64,000 bases of DNA, taken from assembly GCF_053078305.1 (NCBI RefSeq), contig NZ_CP166879.1; one strand, 5' to 3'. Below the pieces are notes generated by a model. That model worked only from the letters and a program-made list of their open reading frames with translations. It ran no database searches and was not told the origin of the DNA. Made by a program: the position numbers and the translations under genes. This document shows, piece after piece, positions 56,533 to 64,000 of this stretch (the stretch's first letter is position 1; the number at the start of each line of letters is the position of its first letter).

Positions 56533-57923
56533 GCTATACCTCTCTTTTTCATGGCATCGAGCAGGATGTCCTGCACTGTTCGTTTTGAGTTGCGCCGCTC
56601 CATCACCATTTCGTCCATAGTGTCGGCAGCAATAATGTGGTGAATAAATACCGGACGATTGTGTCCGGCTTGTATCTGCCTGGTGGGGCCGATACGTTCA
56701 ATAATTTGCTGATATTGCTCCAGGTCCCACCAGTGTGAGAAAAATACCAGTATATTTCCGCCGTCTTGCATGTTCAGGCCGTGGCCCGCGCTGGCTGGGT
56801 GTGCAAAGAGAACAGGAATCTTTCCGGAATTCCAGTCGCGCAGTGTCTGTGGATCCTGGTCGAGGTGACGACCGCGAGGGAATGCTTTAAGCAAGCGTTC
56901 AAGATCGTGTTTCCAGTGATAAGCAACCAGCACAGGTGCGCCAGCTGCTTCGGCCAGTATGCTGTCCAGCGCCTGTAGTTTGGTGTCATGCAGTTCTGAC
57001 CAACTTCCGGTGTCGTCTGTGTATACTGCGCCACTGGCGATTTGAAGACACTTCAGTGTCTTTGCCGCGGCGTTCGGTGCTTCGATGCCTTCGCCATTCA
57101 GCTCGAGGAACATTTCCTTTTCCATTTCACGATACTGCTGACGGGCCTTCGGGGGCATATCCACGCGGATTACGTTATGGATGGGGTCTTTGATATCGAA
57201 CCAGTCGGCCGCATCCAGCGAGAGGGTCACATCGGCTAACGCTCGCTGTATTTCACCCTGTGAGTGAGCAAAAGGCTCCAGTTTGGTCCAGCTCTGCCCC
57301 GGAAACTGTATCGATTTGAACCAGCGTGAGGTAAATGCGCCGTAAGTGCGCCCGAGACGTTGCCCCAGGTCCACAAACCACGATTGTCCCCACAAATCTA
57401 CCAGGCCGTTCGGTGCTGGCGTACCGGTGAGATTTATCCAGCGCCGGACATACTTGTGCGCCACTTTGCCCAGCGCCGCCGCGCGCTTACCACCACCTCG
57501 CAGCCGGAAGGATTTTAGCCGGGTGCTTTCATCTGGAATGACAGTACCGAACGGCCATCGTTCTCCCAATTCCTCAACCAGCCAGACAAGGTTATCGTAG
57601 TTGATGGTGAACACGCTCGCGTTGTTGTTCGCCAACGCTGCAGAGCGCGCTTTGGCATTACCAACAATTGGTTGTACCTCGATATTGCGCAAATGCCCCC
57701 ACTTCAGTGCTTCATCCGGCCAGGTGTTTGCTGCAACGCGTAGCGGCGCGAGGACCAGCGCGGGGCGTGTTTCTGCTCCAGCCATGAAAAGATCTTCCAG
57801 CGTGGTGAGTGTCGCTACGGTTTTACCCATCCCCATCCCTGCCCAGATGTTGCCGCGCAGAATGTCGGTTTGGTGATTGATTATGAGGTTTTGATAAAGT
57901 CGGGGGTGGAATATGTTATTCAT
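56529..57923 (-). CDS. Phage-type SNF2/DEAD-like helicase
   Basis: Walker A GMGMGKT, motif II DEST, C-terminal helicase domain; start placed at the Met of MNNIFHPRLYQ (ORF track extends to 57998). Confidence 0.8.
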   Translation of the reverse strand: MNNIFHPRLYQNLIINHQTDILRGNIWAGMGMGKTVATLTTLEDLFMAGAETRPALVLAPLRVAANTWPDEALKWGHLRNIEVQPIVGNAKARSAALANNNASVFTINYDNLVWLVEELGERWPFGTVIPDESTRLKSFRLRGGGKRAAALGKVAHKYVRRWINLTGTPAPNGLVDLWGQSWFVDLGQRLGRTYGAFTSRWFKSIQFPGQSWTKLEPFAHSQGEIQRALADVTLSLDAADWFDIKDPIHNVIRVDMPPKARQQYREMEKEMFLELNGEGIEAPNAAAKTLKCLQIASGAVYTDDTGSWSELHDTKLQALDSILAEAAGAPVLVAYHWKHDLERLLKAFPRGRHLDQDPQTLRDWNSGKIPVLFAHPASAGHGLNMQDGGNILVFFSHWWDLEQYQQIIERIGPTRQIQAGHNRPVFIHHIIAADTMDEMVMERRNSKRTVQDILLDAMKKRGIA

Positions 57924-57985
57924 TAATACACCTATGGTAGAATATGTGTCAATTCTCTCTCTATATATAACTAACGGAGGCGGGT

Positions 57986-58783
57986 ATGCCCCTGGCAAAA
58001 ATACTTACAAAACAAGTTTCTTTATTAACTGTTTTTTCAGCGTTAGCTTATGTGATGGCATATTCTTTTCAGAAAGGTGTTGCATCGTATTATGGCTATC
58101 CAGCCCTTTTTATTAAAATAGATTTAAATACGCTATTGTATTCGGCTGTATGGCTTTTGTTTTTTAGTTTTTTATTTCTCGGTGCCTTATACGCGACATT
58201 GATGTTTGATTTGAAAGGGAAATATTATGTTCCATTTATTATATTTATAGTGGTTATGCTAATACCTAATTTTTACATAATAGGATTCCATTGGCCTTTT
58301 GGTTATTTCTCAGAAACCTCTGTGATGAGTGTTGGAGATATTTTATTATTTGCTCTGCTTTTGTTGAATTACCACAATGCGGTGTCCGCGTCAATCCATA
58401 GTAAGAGACACGAACATCATATGGATAGCATTAGAAAATTTGGGAGGCTTGCAGAGTATAAAGACGTATTTTATTATATCGATTTAAAAATCCTAAAATC
58501 AGCTTTTCCTTTAGGGGTGATGACATTATTGATATTGAGCTATACCTTCGGGAAGGTTACTGCATTTAAAAATAACGAATATTATATGGTAGATGGTAGT
58601 AATACTAAAGTGTTGCTCAATTCATTTGGTAGTGGTTTTGTTGTTGGTGATTGTGAGTCCAATAGCGCAAAATTTGAATTTGTTAATGATTTAAAAGGGA
58701 TGAAATTCACAGTCATGTCCTCTAAAAAGGAAATAGCTAAATTAAAAGAGTGTTTCGAAACACGTGTTAAAAATACGGATTAA
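57986..58783 (+). CDS. Hypothetical polytopic membrane protein (265 aa), AT-rich cargo gene
   Basis: GGAGG 7 bp upstream of the ATG; about five predicted hydrophobic helices plus a roughly 70-aa hydrophilic C-terminus; divergent from the helicase; no family recognised. Confidence 0.65.
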   Translation: MPLAKILTKQVSLLTVFSALAYVMAYSFQKGVASYYGYPALFIKIDLNTLLYSAVWLLFFSFLFLGALYATLMFDLKGKYYVPFIIFIVVMLIPNFYIIGFHWPFGYFSETSVMSVGDILLFALLLLNYHNAVSASIHSKRHEHHMDSIRKFGRLAEYKDVFYYIDLKILKSAFPLGVMTLLILSYTFGKVTAFKNNEYYMVDGSNTKVLLNSFGSGFVVGDCESNSAKFEFVNDLKGMKFTVMSSKKEIAKLKECFETRVKNTD

Positions 58784-58795
58784 AGTATAAGTCTT

Positions 58796-59083
58796 TTATC
58801 TTTTATTGCGGCTTAAAATAATTTCCTCCAGATTTTTGCTATCCAGCACCACCACGGTAAAGCCCAGCTCGCGCAGCCGCTTGTGCTCGCGCAACTGGTC
58901 GGCGCGTGGTGCTTTGCCGGGTGCTTTGCATTCAACGAAAACAAGACGGCCGCCGGGTAGCAGAACAATGCGATCCGGTACCGAGCGGCGACCAGGTGAT
59001 ATGAACTTAAAGGCGACCCCACCAGCCTTTTTCACTTCGGCGACGAGATGCTTCTCGATTAGGTTTTCACGTTCATATATCAT
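58796..59083 (-). CDS. VRR-NUC domain nuclease
   Basis: 95-aa ORF with PDRIVLLPGGRLVFVECKAPGKAPRADQLREHKRL, matching the VRR-NUC pattern of PD...(D/E)xK with a conserved Q. Confidence 0.8.
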   Translation of the reverse strand: MIYERENLIEKHLVAEVKKAGGVAFKFISPGRRSVPDRIVLLPGGRLVFVECKAPGKAPRADQLREHKRLRELGFTVVVLDSKNLEEIILSRNKR

Positions 59084-59125
59084 ATGACGTTTCCTTTAGC
59101 CCTCTAGTTTGAGGGCTGGGAATCT

Positions 59126-59677
59126 TTAGCGACGGCTGGGATGAATTTTTTCACGGAGAACTAAGGTTAGTTGTTCTAGTGTCAATGGCTCGCCAAAATT
59201 CTCATGAAATAATGGATTGAATACATGCATCATGCGTTCGTATGTTGCCAGCGAAGGCGTGTGAGAATTAAGATCTCTTAATTTGAATTCTTCAAATCTA
59301 TCCAGTTTATTGATGACGAAATCAGCGGCTGCAAGATACTCAGTTTCGTTATTTCCATCGAATCCTTTGAATATTGGATTTTTTCCAAATAACTCAACAT
59401 TTTCTTTTAACTTCTTTTTTTCTTCTTCTGTAAGTTCACTGTAGCTATATTCAATAACTCTCCACATATCTAGGATGTCTAGAACTTTTTTTACAACACG
59501 TGGAGTTTCGGTATTTTTAAATGGAATACCACTAAATTTCCAAGGGAGTGCCCATGTTTGGTTTTCGAATATAGCATCACGGACAAATGTGTGATCGATT
59601 TCGCCTTCAATCTCGTTTTTATCGTACAGGTCACACAGCATCATTAGAATTAGTTTTTCGCCATCTGAAAGTTGCAT
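59126..59677 (-). CDS. YfbU-family (UPF0304) protein, 183 aa, AT-rich cargo gene
   Basis: MQLSDGEKLILMMLCDLYD..., FKGFDGNNETEYL, HTPSLATYERMMHVF align with remembered E. coli YfbU motifs (AQRLILSNQYKMM, FLGFDAATEARYL, QTPMWEKYQRML). Confidence 0.65.
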   Translation of the reverse strand: MQLSDGEKLILMMLCDLYDKNEIEGEIDHTFVRDAIFENQTWALPWKFSGIPFKNTETPRVVKKVLDILDMWRVIEYSYSELTEEEKKKLKENVELFGKNPIFKGFDGNNETEYLAAADFVINKLDRFEEFKLRDLNSHTPSLATYERMMHVFNPLFHENFGEPLTLEQLTLVLREKIHPSRR

Positions 59678-59682
59678 GTTTT

Positions 59683-60192
59683 TTATCCTTGAGTGTTAAA
59701 CGTTAAATCATCAACGAGTAGATCTATGTGAGGTTGAATAGCCAATATTTTTGCATGCAAAACTCTACCTGTTCTTAACTTTTCCGCAGGAGTTTTTGCA
59801 TCTGAAAGCTCAGAAATATTTTCCCTTATTTCAGCACAAAAATTTTCTGAGTCTATGCTCAATTTTACTTTATTGTTAGGTTTTATTGCTTGGGCTGCAA
59901 ATAAATCGATGAAATCCTCTATTTCAGAAATTATTGGTTCTAAACTTATGCCTCGAACATTTTCCTCATTCGAACCAGGACCAATTGCTCTTAGAGATTT
60001 TATGGCGGTTGATAACTTTCCATGAAGGTTGCCTGCGTCCCTTATACTACGTTGATAATTGACCGTAGCTAAAGCCTTTTGAGCTTCTGTGGCGGCATCC
60101 CGCGACTTTTTCCACCCCCATAGTGAACACATAGCACCAACTATGGTAACAAAAGTACCTATCCTTGATAGCCAGACATCTGTATTTTCCAT
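59683..60192 (-). CDS. Hypothetical membrane-anchored protein (169 aa), first gene of a two-gene cassette with the YfbU-family gene
   Basis: Single N-terminal hydrophobic helix (IGTFVTIVGAMCSLWGW) then a charged helical region; 5-nt gap to the downstream ORF; AT-rich. Confidence 0.6.
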   Translation of the reverse strand: MENTDVWLSRIGTFVTIVGAMCSLWGWKKSRDAATEAQKALATVNYQRSIRDAGNLHGKLSTAIKSLRAIGPGSNEENVRGISLEPIISEIEDFIDLFAAQAIKPNNKVKLSIDSENFCAEIRENISELSDAKTPAEKLRTGRVLHAKILAIQPHIDLLVDDLTFNTQG

Positions 60193-60277
60193 TAAAGCAC
60201 CAAAAACAATCTGTTAAGGATAGCTATATGATACATATATCTTCAATGATGTCATGTATCTGATTTGTGAGCTGTGA

Positions 60278-62341
60278 TCAGTCCTTACGGTAGTGGTACG
60301 CCTCAAAACCGCCAGCGTTCAGTGGGATATCGGGCGCCCATTCGGGGTTAGTGGAGAGAAGCGCGGAAAGCGCTTTATCGTTGAAATCTTCTGTGTCAGG
60401 TGCTTCGGTGATCACCTCGTCGTGTACCGTCAGCACAATGCTGTAACCGGCATCTTCGATAAGCGGCATGTTTCCGGCCAGAACGTCGCGGGCGGCCGCT
60501 TGGGTGACGTTCTCCACCAGCTTTCCGCCGTAGGTTTTGAGTCGTTGCCATTTACGTGAATAAGAGTTAACACCCATATAGGTGATATTCCCTTTTTCGA
60601 TAATCGGAGACGGGTAGCATACAGCGCGTCCAGATGGCAGCTGTATGCGCAGCCACGCGCCATCACGTCGGATTTTAAGATAGCCGCAATACAATGTTTT
60701 TTGCGGTGTGGCGATTGCAGTGCGGACGGTGCGCTCCAGTTCGTACCAGAAATCACAGGTCGCGGGATGCGCCCGGCGCCAGAGACGTTTAAGTGAGTCG
60801 CAGGCGATAAATACCCGTTCAGAAAGCCCGTAGGTTGACTTGCGTTTAACCGATTCGTCGTACCAGCTTTTCGCCTCGCGGATAACATCGCGGGGAATGT
60901 TTGGTAGTGCGGCGTTCGCCAGCTCGTCGAGATCGAGACCGTAAACCAGTGCAAAAGTGATGAAGGCCGACACACCACCACCATAACCCAGACCGAGTTC
61001 CATGACTTTACCGATCTGACGCATGTGTTTATCAACATCATCTGGTGCAATATCGAAAGCTTTTGCATACGCCAGTTTATATAAGTCCGGACCCGTTCCG
61101 GCGTCGTACTCTCTGAATGCATTCAGTTTCCATTCTTCTCCCGCCAGCCATGCCAGCATACGGCCTTCAATGTTCGACAAGTCACTTACCACCAGCTTTT
61201 TGCCTGTTGGCGCGATAATGCAGCCACGTAACGCTGAACTGGTTAGTTCCATGATATTGTCAAACAGCAGGTCTGCACATCCGGCTTTCAGTGCTTCGAT
61301 GCCTTCGTCTATTTGTTCCTGTTTTAGTGAAGGGCGGGGAAGGTTCTGGGGCTGGAATAGCCGTCCGGCCCAACGACCGGTACGTGACGCCCCGCAGAAC
61401 TGTAGCGTACCGCGTAAGCGCCCGTCGTGGCTTACGCCTTTCATCAGTGCCTTGTATTTACTGGTGCTGGTAGTACTGGCCTGCAGGCGGATAGCCAGCA
61501 GTTCTTTCACGGCAGATGGTAAATCGGGGTCGGCAATACGACGTTCCAGAGTACTGCGTTGCATGTCTGGTAGCTCCACACCGTAGGATTCAACAATGTG
61601 CTTAATCAACGCGTCTCGTTGTGTGGCTGCCTGCACTTCGCCATCAGTCATTTCCTGTGTACGCTTTGCCAGGCGCTTTTGTTCCTGGTCTACCGCGTCG
61701 ATCGCAGCGCGTGCGAGTTCCACGTCCATGCAGACGCCCCGGTCATTGATCTGCTGATCACGATGCCAGAGCGCCAGTTCTGTCCCCTGATAATTCCACT
61801 TCGGCAGACGTTTATAGACTTCGCGCATTGCCTCGATATCCAGTCCGGCGTAAGCAACAAAGCGCCGCCATTCTTCCGGGTGGGTTTTGCTGGTGGCCCG
61901 GCGCAGTTTGCTGTTTTTCGGGCGTGGCTTACAGAACAGCTGGATCAGCGCTTTACCTTCTTTGTCCTTCGCTTTGTCTTGCGGGACGCCTAGTACTTCG
62001 CAGAGTTCCCCCAGAGACCCCGGGAGACCGTGCGCCAGCGCCTGCACCATTGTGTCGCGCCAACGTTCGACTGGCGGTGCCAGGCGCGGCATTGCATAAC
62101 GCAGAACGGTGCGGTCGAAGTGAGAGTTATGGAAATAAAGCAGGGTTTCAGGGTCTGCGATTGCTTCGTATAAGCCGTGTGGAATACCACCACCGGCAGT
62201 GATATCCCACACGTTTACTGGCCCGTCGTTGATAGCCCATGCGAAAAGCATCACTTCAACGCCTTCGGCATACGCATGGGTACCGTTCGTAATAGGGATT
62301 TCGCAATAGGTTTCCAGGTCGCCCCATAGTATATTGGACAT
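60278..62341 (-). CDS. Phage-type family A DNA polymerase with 3-prime-5-prime exonuclease domain
   Basis: 687-aa ORF; Exo I DLETY; pol motifs DLSNIEGR (A), [16 protein letters not shown] (B), HDEVITE (C). Confidence 0.88.
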   Translation of the reverse strand: MSNILWGDLETYCEIPITNGTHAYAEGVEVMLFAWAINDGPVNVWDITAGGGIPHGLYEAIADPETLLYFHNSHFDRTVLRYAMPRLAPPVERWRDTMVQALAHGLPGSLGELCEVLGVPQDKAKDKEGKALIQLFCKPRPKNSKLRRATSKTHPEEWRRFVAYAGLDIEAMREVYKRLPKWNYQGTELALWHRDQQINDRGVCMDVELARAAIDAVDQEQKRLAKRTQEMTDGEVQAATQRDALIKHIVESYGVELPDMQRSTLERRIADPDLPSAVKELLAIRLQASTTSTSKYKALMKGVSHDGRLRGTLQFCGASRTGRWAGRLFQPQNLPRPSLKQEQIDEGIEALKAGCADLLFDNIMELTSSALRGCIIAPTGKKLVVSDLSNIEGRMLAWLAGEEWKLNAFREYDAGTGPDLYKLAYAKAFDIAPDDVDKHMRQIGKVMELGLGYGGGVSAFITFALVYGLDLDELANAALPNIPRDVIREAKSWYDESVKRKSTYGLSERVFIACDSLKRLWRRAHPATCDFWYELERTVRTAIATPQKTLYCGYLKIRRDGAWLRIQLPSGRAVCYPSPIIEKGNITYMGVNSYSRKWQRLKTYGGKLVENVTQAAARDVLAGNMPLIEDAGYSIVLTVHDEVITEAPDTEDFNDKALSALLSTNPEWAPDIPLNAGGFEAYHYRKD

Positions 62342-62387
62342 GTGTTTACCTTGGTTTTTATTCTATTAACTGATTAAAAGATTAATT

Positions 62388-63017
62388 ATGCATATGATCC
62401 AATACTTGATTGACCATACAGAGCATCTGGAGAAAATAGCTGGATATATTTTTTCATGTTTGATTGTTATGGGAGTCTGGATAAGAAAGATCATTTTTAA
62501 TTATAAGTATAAAGAGCCTAAATATGTCAAGAAGTTAATTTTATATTTAGTTAAGTATGAACGTTATCTGGATGAGGAGGATAAGAGTGCCATAGAAAAA
62601 AGAATAAATGATAAAATTATTCGTGATGCGCTGAAATTGCAATCCTCTTATAACCGAAGAGATGTTATTTACATTTGCAATAGATTAGAAAAAAGACAGT
62701 ATATAAATCAGTTGATTAAGCTTCAGAATTATATAGAGAAAGATAACGGAGTGTTTTTTATTAATGTTGATTTTTCAGGTTTTTTATTTATTATTAGTCG
62801 TCTGTTTTCCTTTCTGTGTTTTGTGCTGTTTACCCTTTTTTCTATTATCTGCATTATTTCCATAGGGCAAAATGAAGGCCTTTTAAATTATCTTGTGTAT
62901 ATGGTTATGATAATAGTTTTAGAGACTGTTGGTTTTTGGATGTATGATACTTTCCCGTCTAAGAAAAAGATCTGTGAACTAAATAAAGAATTGAGAAAGA
63001 TTAAGATTCCTGAGTGA
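62388..63017 (+). CDS. Hypothetical membrane protein (209 aa), very AT-rich cargo gene
   Basis: ORF divergent from the polymerase; predicted N-terminal helix and two C-terminal hydrophobic helices; Lys/Ile/Tyr-rich; no family recognised. Confidence 0.55.
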   Translation: MHMIQYLIDHTEHLEKIAGYIFSCLIVMGVWIRKIIFNYKYKEPKYVKKLILYLVKYERYLDEEDKSAIEKRINDKIIRDALKLQSSYNRRDVIYICNRLEKRQYINQLIKLQNYIEKDNGVFFINVDFSGFLFIISRLFSFLCFVLFTLFSIICIISIGQNEGLLNYLVYMVMIIVLETVGFWMYDTFPSKKKICELNKELRKIKIPE

Positions 63018-63069
63018 TTATACGCCTAATCAGTAGCCCGGTGTTTAACCGGGCGTCTATGAAGTAGGG

Positions 63070-63618
63070 TTAAATTAGTGCTTCAGCATCAGCACCTTCG
63101 CTGATATCGTCGAAATCGTCAGCGCTTGCCACTCCGCCGCCAGCGAATGCATCGCCGTCTCGCAGGAACTGGACTCCGCCGAGTGAGGCATTAATGCGTT
63201 TACCGAAATTATTGTCCTGTGCCCAGATATCGATAACGGCGTTTACATAGCACCCTGCATAGGGACGTCCGTCAGCCTGAATAAGTGGCGAACGATCGCG
63301 ATCAAGAACAGCTGGGCGCGCTTTGTTAGCAGCATTCAGGAAGAAATTACCGGGGAAGCCTTCATACTCTGCTTTTTCATCACCATCATGCAGGCACAGA
63401 TTGAGTTTTTTCTCCAGCTGGTTATAAATGGGCTCCCACTTCTCTCCCCATTTTTCCTTCGCTACCTGCTTCATAGCTTTACGGATTTCTTCCAGTTGTG
63501 GGTGTTTGGGAGACATTAAAAATACTGCGGAGAAACGCGGATCGCCTTCGCCGTTTACAGTTTTAGCTTCAAACAGAGACGGGAAGGCCAGACGAACATT
63601 GTTCAGCTTCAGTTTCAT
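63070..63618 (-). CDS. DUF2815-like phage replication-module protein
   Basis: 182-aa ORF MKLKLNNVRLAFPSLFEAK... with acidic C-terminal tail; sits between a DUF2800-like gene and the polymerase as in other phages. Confidence 0.6.
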   Translation of the reverse strand: MKLKLNNVRLAFPSLFEAKTVNGEGDPRFSAVFLMSPKHPQLEEIRKAMKQVAKEKWGEKWEPIYNQLEKKLNLCLHDGDEKAEYEGFPGNFFLNAANKARPAVLDRDRSPLIQADGRPYAGCYVNAVIDIWAQDNNFGKRINASLGGVQFLRDGDAFAGGGVASADDFDDISEGADAEALI

Positions 63619-63633
63619 GGGTATTTCCTTAAA

Positions 63634-64000
63634 TCAGATGAGGTCTGCGGTTAGCGTATCGTCGGATACGTCGTCGAAATCATTTACAGGGTTGATATTG
63701 AGTGCGGGGCGTGGGTCTGACTCGGGAACGACGGTTGGTTTACCATCAGCTCGTGTTATCAGTGCCTCGACTTTTGACCAACGGCGTGGACTGGCCTTTT
63801 TGATAAGTTTTTCGGCTTTTGTGGGACTAATAAGTTTAAAGTCGAATACTTCTTCAGTTTTGTACCTGAACTGGTCCTTCAGAAGTGCGCGAGCTGCCTC
63901 TTCATCACTCCAGGCCCGGTTACCTTGTTTTCCTGTTACCAGTTTAAACCCCGGTACCGGATGTCCGGCATTGAGTTCATTGTGAACCCGGTCCCGTACT
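63634..64000 (-). CDS. C-terminal part of a DUF2800-like (PD-(D/E)xK-type) phage protein; 5-prime end lies beyond the window
   Basis: Manual translation of the minus strand gives an open frame from the window end to TGA at 63634-63636 (...GKQGNRAWSDEEAARALLKDQF...VNDFDDVSDDTLTADLI); not in the ORF track because it has no start in the window. Confidence 0.5.
   Translation of the reverse strand, partial: VRDRVHNELNAGHPVPGFKLVTGKQGNRAWSDEEAARALLKDQFRYKTEEVFDFKLISPTKAEKLIKKASPRRWSKVEALITRADGKPTVVPESDPRPALNINPVNDFDDVSDDTLTADLI

Noticed and set aside
60430-61586. 230-aa minus-strand and 187-aa plus-strand ORFs
   Set aside because: Alternative-frame and antisense ORFs inside the family A DNA polymerase gene, whose frame carries the exonuclease and polymerase motifs
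63428-63985. 185-aa plus-strand ORF
   Set aside because: Antisense to the DUF2815-like and DUF2800-like genes; Ser/Leu-rich low-complexity translation

Overview
This window is an Escherichia coli chromosomal segment collinear with the K-12 ratA to yfhL region (in inverted orientation relative to the K-12 map), followed by the left ~9.3 kb of a prophage-like island. Positions 1-54723 are core genome: ratAB, bamE, recN, nadK, grpE, ffh, the rpsP-rimM-trmD-rplS operon, yfiB-dgcN-yfiR, aroF-tyrA, pheL-pheA, raiA, bamD, rluD, clpB, the complete rrnG-type rRNA operon (16S, tRNA-Glu, 23S, 5S), kgtP, pssA, patZ, trxC, ung, grcA, srmB, nadB, the rpoE-rseABC operon, lepAB, rnc-era-recO-pdxJ-acpS, the shoB type I toxin and yfhL. 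From about 54.7 kb to the window end lies an integrase-bounded island that, from memory of the K-12 map, occupies the position of the yfhL/yfhH junction. It carries an integrase, an AlpA-like regulator and a phage replication module (SNF2 helicase, VRR-NUC, family A DNA polymerase, DUF2815-like and DUF2800-like proteins), all transcribed leftward. Inserted between these conserved replication genes are three visibly AT-rich cargo loci of unknown function: a polytopic membrane protein, a two-gene cassette (membrane-anchored protein plus YfbU-family protein), and a second membrane protein. These are the best candidates for an undescribed phage-defence or superinfection-exclusion system. All gene identities come from reading the translated ORFs and recalled family signatures and synteny; no database search or computation was run.
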